Below, in pieces: positions 53,277-64,000 of a DNA stretch of 64,000 nucleotides; position 1 is the stretch's first letter; each line of letters starts with the position of its first letter. Location of the stretch: NCBI GenBank assembly GCA_951406725.2, contig OX597830.1:59830001-59894000 (forward strand), in the 5' to 3' direction. The notes under the pieces were generated by a model, which saw nothing but the letters and a program-made list of their open reading frames with translations, was not told where the DNA came from and did no database searches. A program made the position numbers and the translations under genes. Origin of the DNA: Octopus vulgaris. Taxonomy: Eukaryota.

Positions 53277-54042
53277 TTCTAACTTCTTTTATAATAACAA
53301 ATGAATTGTAGGTAAGCACAAGTTCTATCTTTAAAGACCCTAAGATCAGTTTACAACCCATGGGCCATCGCAAGTATTACTTATGGCGCATAGGACATTG
53401 AGCCTGGTAAAAGAAAGACCCAAGAAATAAGCTAAGAACTGTTCAACAAGCTTACGAACGCGTTGTGCTTGGACTCGCGAGAAAAGACCATAAAACAATT
53501 GAATGGATCTGAAAACAAAACAAAAGTTTCGACTGAATGTCATTTTGGAAATGACGCCGTATAATATTTAATATCGACCAAAGCAGCGAATCTACATTTG
53601 AAACCCGAAGTGTCAACTACACATTGTCAACAACACTCTGCGCAGTTTAAGAACAACGCTCAAAAACATGGCAGCACACTTGAAATGTAAATAAGCGACC
53701 GATTTCTCACATAATCACGAGGTCAATTTTTTGAGAGAGAGAGAGAGAGAGGTCATATACGCCATATACTTACACATATATAATAATTTTTATTATAGAT
53801 ACCCGCTGCTGTAAATATACCCCAATCCATCTTTCTATATAATGTCAACAACTTTTGAAAAACATAGGAATGCAAAACAAACATAATTTACATTATATAT
53901 AAGTATATTGTAGAATTATGAACAGAGGCTGGAGGTGGTCATAATGACAACTTTTAAAAGGTACACACACCACGAGAAAGCAAGAGTGTGCGAGCGCGCA
54001 CGTACACACACACACACACATTTACATTTATGTGTCTACCTA

Positions 54043-54264
54043 TGAGGAGGTGTTGAAAAGTTCTTGGCTTTAAGGGTCTCGCGAAAGACCTGGTTGCAGT
54101 CCCAACGTTCAGAGTTTTTTTTTTTTACAGGGCTTAGAAGAATCGAAGGACCGATGCAATAAGTGTGTGAATCTGAGAGGGGAATATGATGAGTAAAATC
54201 ATAATTAACTGATCCTCCTGTATTTTTTTTTACCAAAAGCCAGGGACCTTTTAGCACCCCCTCG
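54043..54264 (-). mobile_element. Mariner-derived MITE (copy 3)
   Basis: tgaggaggtgttgaaaagttcttggc...gccagggaccttttagcaccccctcg; encodes remnant NKCVNLRGEYDE*. Confidence 0.85.
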
Positions 54265-55113
54265 TGCATATAATTCGGACGTGTGTACGTACACATCTAA
54301 ATATGTACACACATATGCGCGCTCATATATATTCGATCCTCGTCAATTTCTACGACGAGCATTGGATCAACTAAACCAAAGGTTCTCAACTGGGATCCAT
54401 ATGACCCTTGAGGGTCCATATGATATTTTAGGGTCCACACAAAATAGTAAATTGTAGCTCCACTGTTGTATTTTAGGGGTCCACGAAAAAGTTTTGCTTT
54501 AGATGTATTTGCTGTAAGAAAGCGGTGGGTGTTTTTCAACGGAGACGAGTTTCTGTGTGAAAACCAAAATGGGGGACCTTGAAAGGAGCACCTATAAAGC
54601 TAGTTTATAATCATCGAAAGACTATAGAGGTCCACCGTAATAGAATAGTAATTAAAGGGGGGGTTCATAGGTGAAAAGTGAATTTTTTGAGAAAAACTGA
54701 ACTAAATTATGTCCACCGTAAATAAAGCATACAAATGAGTACTCAACGGGCACATATGCCCTTAATAAAATCCTCGGGTCGAATGACCGCAACACAGTCC
54801 GCAACAGACCGCAACAGACGAAGCTGAATTACTGGTACACTCTATCTGCCAGGCTTCTATATAGTTTCCGATTTCACTCACAAAGTCTGAATTCAGCTGA
54901 GACTAGGGTAAAAGGTATTTGCCCTGATATTACCCAAGGTACCGTGTTGCAGGGTCAAAACCAAGATCCCAAGATAGCAACATGTATGTATGTGTGTGTG
55001 TGTGTGTGTGTGTGCGTGTGTGTGTATAAATATATGCACACATACCTTTACACACACACACAGACATACACACATATATACACACGCTCGCACATTCACA
55101 CGTTTTGAGATAG

Positions 55114-55155
<42 letters not shown>

Positions 55156-55334
55156 CGTGCGTGTGAGTCTGTGTACTTCAAATGTCGTTGACATCTGGGT
55201 CACAACCACCTTTAACTCCAATTTCTAGTTGTTTGTATTACGTATATGTACGCATGCCTATATATATATCCGTGTCAATGTTTGTAGTTTGCGTATACTT
55301 GTATGTACATACATACATACATACACACACACAC

Positions 55335-55389
<55 letters not shown>

Positions 55390-55458
55390 CGTGTGTGCAT
55401 ACATACATAAATACATACATACCTATATTGACATATAGATATACTTATACATTTACAT

Positions 55459-55502
<44 letters not shown>

Positions 55503-55925
55503 GTGTGTGTGTGTGTGTGTATGTGTGTGTGTGTGTGATAAAATTACACAACTGCAGCTGGATAGTGTTGCAGCTTGGATGTGCAAGTCATGTGTAAATA
55601 TTTGCAGTAAAACGTTGGCAATGAATGCATTTCCTGGCGTGTTTGCACCATTGTCTGGTGTGCAGCAGTAAGAAGACGAGCAACAGCAGCAGCAACAACA
55701 ACAACAACTATTGTAAAAAAAAAAGAAGAAAAACGCCCCAAAACGACAACAAAAAAAGAAAAATAGTGTAGCAACAATAAAACTAGCGCCATCATCACGA
55801 GCGACGACGACAAATGAGACATAAACAAACGTTTTTGTTGTAAACAACAAAAACACTAACAACAACAGCATTATCAACAAATAAAGTGTGAAACAGTCAC
55901 GACGACACAAACAAAAGTACTATAT

Positions 55926-55980
<55 letters not shown>

Positions 55981-56001
55981 GATATATATATATATATACA
56001 C

Positions 56002-56074
<73 letters not shown>

Positions 56075-56076
56075 TT

Positions 56077-56116
<40 letters not shown>

Positions 56117-56123
56117 ATATATA

Positions 56124-56233
<110 letters not shown>

Positions 56234-56240
56234 CATACAT

Positions 56241-56291
<51 letters not shown>

Positions 56292-56726
56292 TGCTGGGGC
56301 TGCAAGTATAGCAATAATAGCCAAAACAAATAGTAACTGCAACGATAATAAAATTCAACAAGAAACCACTACAACTACAATGACAGACACCACCACCATT
56401 TCAACCGCCCCCTCCGCCGCCGATAACACTACCACCTCCACCCGACTAGCACCACAAATATCACCACCACCAATACTGCTGTCACAACAACCACCGCCGC
56501 CGCCATTAATACCAACAAGATCTACGAGTACGAACCAATGAAGGAGCCTGTATATGGTCACCCTAACAGTTAGAAATAGCAGCTAAATCCACCCTGATGT
56601 CACTTCCAAGTAAAAACTAAGCTAAGAGCATTAGATTTCTTGGAAGAAAGCATCGAATGTATACGAAAACAAGGACAGCAAAACAGACGATGTTACACGA
56701 ATATATATGCAAAATACAATAAAATG

Positions 56727-56790
<64 letters not shown>

Positions 56791-57039
56791 CAGAACACAT
56801 TCAATGATTTCTTCCAAGGAATCTAATGCTCTTAGCTTATTTTCCTTAGGGCTGGCCAAATTGGAGGAATCTGAAGATTGATCAGCCGAAATTCCGCGGA
56901 TGATCCGGTTCTTGATTGAGGATAGAAAGCTTCGAATGACCCCTCAGTGTTTTTTTTTTTGTTTTTGTATCGTCTATCTGGATGTTTTGTTGTCCCTTTT
57001 TGTATCACCTAGTTGTCCGGATGTTTTGCGTTCTTGTCC

Positions 57040-57084
<45 letters not shown>

Positions 57085-57302
57085 TGTATATATATTTGGG
57101 ATTTAACCAATAGAACCACAACTCCTATTTCAGGACAACCTTATTGTATGGAATACAAATAGAAAGTTATATCCAATAAAATAACAACAATAAAATAATA
57201 TAAGCATTTAAAAAAACCATTATAAAATACAATAAAATTATTTGAAAACATATATATAACTTACCCGTTATTAGTCTGTGGGGAAAATATATTTTTAAAC
57301 AA

Positions 57303-57385
57303 CGCTATGCATATTTCTGCGCTGGTGGGGTGTTTATTAAGGCTACACCTAATACACAAATCCACCAGAGCGTCCTCAGGCTATA
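57303..57385 (-). ncRNA. Candidate type I hammerhead ribozyme with extended stem II in a (TA)n-embedded element (about 57095-57410)
   Basis: Minus strand AGC-CUGAGGA-CGCUCUGGUGG...CCACCAGCGCA-GAAA-UAUGCA-UA-GC; canonical core, palindromic AUGCAU in stem III, weak stem I. Confidence 0.6.
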
Positions 57386-57526
57386 TATCATTGTTATTAT
57401 TATTAACGTATGTATATATATATATATACACATATATATATACATATATATATACATACATACATTATACATACATACATACATACATACATACATACAT
57501 TATATATACATACATACATACATACA

Positions 57527-57592
<66 letters not shown>

Positions 57593-57691
57593 TATAAGTA
57601 GATAAATGAATTATCTTATTACGGATAATTCAAATGATAACCGATACCTGGGTAGCAAAAATCACAACAGAAAAAGCACGGTTGAAGACAC

Positions 57692-57747
<56 letters not shown>

Positions 57748-57757
57748 TACATATATA

Positions 57758-57803
<46 letters not shown>

Positions 57804-57816
57804 TACATATACATGC

Positions 57817-57848
<32 letters not shown>

Positions 57849-58059
57849 GTATACATACATATATATATATATATATACATATACATACGTATGTATACAT
57901 ATATATATATATATATATATCTTCTCTTTCTCTCTCTCACTCTCCTTCTCTCTGATAGCGGTTCGACAAAAGAGACCGGTTTAAAAAATAAGGCGGTACC
58001 CCAGCATGGCTGCAGTCAAATGACTGAAACAAATAAAAGGTAAAAAAAGAATAAAAGAT

Positions 58060-58340
58060 AATATGAAATTAATTTACAGGAAAGTAAACAAACCAACTCC
58101 CGTTGGCAACCAGCACAGAGACAAACACACATATACACGCACATACATGCACACACATATGCATATATATCTACGACGGGCTTCCTGGCAGTTTCCGTCA
58201 ACCAAATTCACTCGCGAGGTACTGGTGGTTGCGGAGGTATATAGTAGAAGATACGTGCCCAAAGCCCCGCGCATTGGGATCGAACTCGAAATCATGTGTT
58301 TGCTAAGTGAGCTTCTTCACCACACTGCTATGCCTGCCAC
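58060..58340 (-). mobile_element. SINE family A copy (a + tail fragment lies at 57955-58045)
   Basis: acgacgggcttc...cagtttccgtc...atagtagaagatac. Confidence 0.8.
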
Positions 58341-58978
58341 ACCCCTACCTCGTCATCGCGCGAACAGACACACACATACATAAACACACACACACACACA
58401 CACACACACATGAATGTGCTTGTGTGTTTATGTGTGTATCCTTCGTTCACCGATTTGTATCAACGCAGAATATAAAGTTCAGTGGAAAGAAAACAGAAAG
58501 CGACAACAACCGAACGGAGTCCCTTGTGATAAATGCTGTGCAGTGAGTTACAGCCACTCCCTTTGTTTCTTTTGTCGTCAGAAATGTCGTGAACCGGTGA
58601 GTGACCTGTTTTTGGAAGCCTGTAAACCAGCGAGGTCATTGTTCACCAATTGTCACATGGAACCAGTAAATCAACAAATAAACAAACCGATTGGTGGGTT
58701 TACTTGATCGGAGCCCGGGTCGGGTCAAACAGCAAACGACGCTCGACGTGCTCGAAATAGCTGTCAAAAGTGTCTCAAATCACACCCTACTGTCGTGATA
58801 AAAGGAAGGGCACGTTGAATAATGCGACCTAAGATAGTTCTAAAGAACAAGGTCGGTCCTGGCTAGAATGCCTTTGGTCTTGGGGCTGTTCGATCTGCAG
58901 AGAACCGAAGCTAAGACATCGGCGACAACGACGACGACGGCGGCGACTACAATACTACCACCACCACCACCACCACCA

Positions 58979-59019
<41 letters not shown>

Positions 59020-59777
59020 ATTAACTGCAGCCAAAACAACGGCTCTGACTATCAGAACTGAGATGGGAAAAAAAAAAGAAACCATTAGTCAGGCATTAGA
59101 TTACGCAACAACAAAAGAGGACAGTTGCCCGGATGTAAGATGAACAGAAATGTGTAAACATCAACTGCAGTAACAACAACAACAACAACAACAAGTGCAT
59201 CACCACCACCACCACTGCAACCGCCACAACATCCGCTGCCACCGCCGCCACCACCACCGCCACCACCACCACCAACGCCACCACCATCACCACCACCGCC
59301 GCCACCACCACCACCACCACCACCATTACCACCACCACCACCACCACCACCACCACCACCACCATTACCGCCACCGCCACCACCACCACCACAACCGCCA
59401 CAACCACAGCCACAGCCATCGCTACCGTTGCCCCCACCGCCGCGCTCGCCGCCCCCACCGCTCCGCCGCCGCCGCCACGCTCACCGTTCACACCACATTT
59501 ATATATAAATACGTTGAAGAGACAGAAAGAGGAGACGACAGCCATGTCAATGTCCTCCCCAGTAAATATTGGTGAAGGGATAGAGTGAGGGCGGGAGGGA
59601 GGGAGGGCGGCGCGGCGGCGTCGTGGCGTCGTGGTGTGGTGGTGGTGTCTGACGTGCATTGAGTAGGTGTAGGGAGTGGTGCATCGTGGAGTAAGTAGGC
59701 CAGTAGTGCAGGAATACATTGCAGCTGTGCTAGACTCAGAATCACTGCTTCTTGCCCTTCACCCACCCTCACTCCCT

Positions 59778-59876
<99 letters not shown>

Positions 59877-60124
59877 TCACGCTCACACTCAGCTTTTTGC
59901 CCAGCCACCCCTCTCCCTCTGCCGAGATTATAACATGCCAAAACATCCCTTCCCTCCCTCCCTTCCCTCCCAGATTAAACAACAACAGTACACTCACCTA
60001 CCTACTTCTATGACACCACCAATTTTCCAGTCAACACCACCACCGCCGCCACCACCACCACCAGCGCCACCACCACCACCACCATTACCACCACAAGCAA
60101 CAGCACCAACTGTACCACCATCAC

Positions 60125-60248
60125 CACCACCACCACCACCTCTCCTACCCAACAATTTCCTGCCTTAAACACCACTGGTACCCACCACCACCACCACCAC
60201 CTCTCCTACCCAACAATTTCCTGCCTTAAACACCACTGGTACCCACCC
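60125..60248 (+). repeat. Exact ~61-bp tandem duplication
   Basis: ccaccaccacctctcctacccaacaatttcctgccttaaacaccactggtacccacc occurs twice. Confidence 0.9.
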
Positions 60249-60596
60249 GCCATACCACCTCGGCCACGACCGTGACTGCCACCATCACCACCACCACTAC
60301 CAACTGCAACAACAGCACCTCACCACTACCGCCATACTACAAATATATACACACTACCACAACATGGCCCTACTAGAAACGGTAGTCAAATTTCCCTCAA
60401 ATCGCAACTTGCTTTTTTAAAATCAGTTGCTTCCAAAGGGTTCGGTGACCATCCAGCTGACAGCATTGGAAGCTTGACAACACCCGTAATTACTGTAAAG
60501 AAACGGTTGAGAGTCACGACACCCCTATTGGAAACACCTGCGTGTATTGATTCATACACAAACGGGATGGTCATGGTTGTACTATCTTTTGATTAG

Positions 60597-60961
60597 GCGC
60601 AGACATGGCTGTGTGGTTAAGATGCTTGCTTTGCAGCTACGTGACTTCGGATGCAGTTCCACTGCTGGGCACCTTGGGAAAAATATTTTGCATGGTTATC
60701 CCGGACGGACAGAATGCGAATTTGGTAGGCGGAAACTGCGTGGAAGCCCGTCGTCTATGTATACATATATGCGTGTCTCTTTCTGCTCGTGTTTGATACA
60801 CCGACACCGTTTGATAACCCATGTTGCTTTGTTTACGTTTCCGTGACTTAGAAGCTTCGGGAAAGCGACCAATAAAAAAAAAGTACTGCGGCCGATTTGT
60901 TCGACTAAAACTCTACTGGGCAGAGCCCAAGCTTGGACCACACTCCAATGACTGAAACAAG

Positions 60962-60965
<4 letters not shown>
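60597..60965 (+). mobile_element. SINE family A copy
   Basis: ggcgcagacatggctgtgtggttaag...ccaatgactgaaacaagt. Confidence 0.88.
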
Positions 60966-61006
<41 letters not shown>

Positions 61007-61204
61007 ATAGAGGGCATTATTACACATAAATGCCTCACACTAAGAGGGACTTAAGTCATTACTACCAAAATTTCACTAATCATACCTTATGAGGTTTTTC
61101 ACGCTAACTACCTGATAATTTCTTGTTAAGATTCCTTATTAAGAAGTTATCCTTAATTGTTAAATACATACATACATACATACATACATACATACATACA
61201 TACA

Positions 61205-61240
<36 letters not shown>

Positions 61241-61979
61241 TATATATTTATAAGATATGAAAAAAAAGAAAAGGTTTCGCCTTAAGGGGTGGTTTAAGGC
61301 TAAACAACCACTACCAACACAATCATCACCACGCAACACCAAACGCGCCACCGCAATCGCCATACATCTCAACGAAAACCCACAACCATCGCCACCGTCA
61401 TCACCCATCATTTCCGCCGCCGCCCTCACCAAAACATACACCCATATACGCATACACATACATAAACACACCCATATACTACCAGCATTTTTAAATTGGA
61501 TGCCGAGCTGTGTAACTGAGAAGACAGATGTGTGGTTCGCACCTCGTCTGTCCGTCGACTATCTTCATACCATAAGGACAGCCGGATTATGGTTGACCAA
61601 AAACTAAGCAATGACAACAGCAACAACACACAAACACACACCTATACATGAGATGAAATACTGCTAAGCCTTTGGGCCCGGCGTGCTAACGTTTCTGCCA
61701 GCTCACCGCCTTGTATTATACACACGTCATTATCATCACCACTGCAAGCACCACGACCACGATCACATACACAAAAAAGCACACACTAGCACTACCATCT
61801 TACACATATTACCATCCTAAACACTAACATTAATACACATACACACACGCACGCACACGAACACACGCGAACGCACACTCATACACAGGCACGTACACAT
61901 GCGCGCATGCACACACAGAACTATCTGAATGTGAGGAATGCGAAGAGAGTCTTAATGCTTGCAATATTTGATGGAGCGA

Positions 61980-62378
61980 AGGCGGAGAGCTGGCAGAAGC
62001 GGTAGCACGCCGGGCGAAAAACCTAGCGGTATCTCGTCTGTCGTTACGTTCTGAGTTCAAATTCCGCCGAGGTCGACTTTGCCTTTCACCATTTCGGGGT
62101 CGATTAAATAAGTGCCAGTTACTCACTGGGGTCGATGTAATCGACTTAATCCCTTTGTCTGTCCTTGTTTCTCCTTTCTGTGTTTAGCCCCTTGTAGGTA
62201 GTAAAGAAATAGGTATTTCGTCTTTACGTTCCGAGTTCAAATTCCGCCGAAGTCGACTTTACCGTTCATCCTTTCGGGGTCGATAAATTAAGTACCAGTT
62301 GCGTACAGTGGTCGATCTAATCGACTGGCCCCCTCCCCCAAAATTTCGGGCATTATGCCTAGAGTAGAAAAGAATATT
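61980..62378 (+). mobile_element. SINE family B, dimeric copy with the alternative terminal tail
   Basis: Junction aaagaaata|ggtatttcgtc at 62211/62212; ends ...cctagagtagaaaagaatatt. Confidence 0.92.
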
Positions 62379-62759
62379 TGATGCAACGTTTTTAAATGTC
62401 TCCAGATATTGTATAGAACTTTTTATTTCTTTATTTATGTAAACGTTTTCCAAACAACTGTTAGCGAGAATCATTGATTGAATAAAATGGGTTTGTAAGG
62501 AAGACAGGAAGAAAAAGGTGGGGACCTGTTGCTGGAGAGGGTCCATCATTGGAAAGAGAAAAGCCGAGAGTAAGGAAGAAAGGTGACGTTGAGAATGTCC
62601 CCTATGACGTTGCTGATTGGTTTTTGAGTGGCGGCGGCAACCATAACAGTCATCGTCGTGGTGGTCGTGGACGTGGTTGTCATCGTCGTCATCAGCATCA
62701 TCATCACCATAATCATAATGGAAGACGTTCAGTGAGTGACAAAAAATAGGTGCTAGGGA

Positions 62760-63185
62760 GGGAAAATGATAGAGAGGAAGAAGAAAACGACAGCAGGAGG
62801 AGGAGGAAGAGGAGGAGGAAGGGGATGGGGAGGAGGAAGGGAGAAGAGGAAGAGGTGGAAGATGAGGCAGGAGAGGAGGAAGAGGAGGAAGAAGAGGGTG
62901 AGGCGGAAGGGGCAGGGGAACGGGGAGGAGGAAGAGGAGGAGGCGGAAGAAGAGGGGGAGGAGGACGGGGAGGAGGAAGGAGAGGAGGGAGAGAATCATA
63001 GCGAAGATAAAGAGAAAAAGAGCAAAGAATTGAAGGAGGAAGAAAATGAGGATCAAGGCGAAGGTAATGATATACGATAGAAGAAAATGTGAGTGAAGGG
63101 GGAGAGTGTTAGTGTGCGGAGGAGAGAGAGAAAGATAACGAAAAAGGAGGGAGGGAGGGAGAGAGAGAGAGAGAGAGAGAGAGTC
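62760..63185 (+). repeat. Purine-rich (GGA/GA) low-complexity tract
   Basis: Direct reading. Confidence 0.9.
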
Positions 63186-63389
63186 ATGTTTATTATTGTA
63201 GGTATTGGTGTGAGGTGTGATGGGTAGGTGTGTGTTGGCTTACGGCCTGCTCGAGAGATAAACAGACAGGTAAGGTAGACAGACTACAGACAAACAGACA
63301 GACATGGGCAGACAAATAGACGACACGAGCAAAAAAAGGGACGGGCAGACACAGATATATAGACTGAGAAACACACACACACAATCGCG

Positions 63390-63440
<51 letters not shown>

Positions 63441-63916
63441 ACATATACACTCACACACATATACGCACGGTTGGATACACATGGAAATAGAGAAAAATTT
63501 GATTGTCGGGAACGTTACGCAGACGCAAACCGGCACAGCATAAAAAAAAAAAAGCAAGCAAAAAGCCAGAAACTATTCCCAAACTCAGTAAGGACACGGC
63601 TAATTAAAGACAATGTGATGCAGGCGGACAGAATCATTGGCAAGGAATTGTTACAGAGCGAATCAGTGTTACGAATAGACTCAGATGGACAAATTGACTC
63701 AAACAAATAAATTGTCGCAGACAAGCAGCGTGGATAGACTCGTTCTTATATAGTGTTACAAATAAACTCAGAAGACAGTGTCACGAATGGATGGATATTG
63801 ACAATGACAGCGTGTGTGTGTGTGTGTGTGTGTTGAATAGACCAGATGATATGCGATTGTTCTTCTTGCTCTCTACGCTCTAATTTGAAATCCGGCCTCG
63901 TTCGACTTTGCCTTTT

Positions 63917-64000
63917 ATACCTATTTCTTTATTACCCACAAGGGGCTAAACATAGAGGGGACAAACATGGACAGACACAGGTATTAAGTCGATTACATCG
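63917..64000 (-). mobile_element. SINE family B 3' part (runs off the window)
   Basis: atacctatttctttattacccacaaggggctaaac... Confidence 0.85.

Noticed and set aside
59195-59575. His-rich 126-aa ORF
   Set aside because: Product of a (CCA/CCG)n tract with a non-ATG start and no splice context.
62766-63080. Glu/Gly/Arg-rich ORF
   Set aside because: Purine low-complexity tract open in multiple frames.

Overview
AT-rich animal genomic DNA saturated with microsatellites, most likely intronic or intergenic DNA of a coleoid cephalopod such as Octopus (inferred from the SINE families and microsatellite load, not verified by search). No host protein-coding gene can be called with confidence, and nearly all ORFs in the supplied track are translations of simple repeats or SINEs. 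Contents: dozens of tRNA-derived SINE copies from about six families, decayed RLE-type LINEs (HERO-like, R4/Dong-like), decayed mariner, hAT and FLYWCH/MULE DNA transposons with their MITEs, a non-autonomous Helitron, and minisatellites. The most interesting signal is a set of short, mostly unrelated inserts embedded in or near (TA)n/(TACA)n microsatellites. Three of them carry minimal type I hammerhead-ribozyme motifs with palindromic stem III (about 14474-14509, 50965-51053 and 57303-57385, all on the minus strand), and several carry fold-back inverted repeats, as expected for termini of microsatellite-targeting Penelope-like or retrozyme-like elements. Also notable: two long near-perfect hairpins (7668-7900, 37533-37925), a multimeric SINE with fixed unit junctions, a TSD-flanked bipartite mini-LINE, and an old ~30-bp minisatellite broken up across 21.5-37.4 kb.
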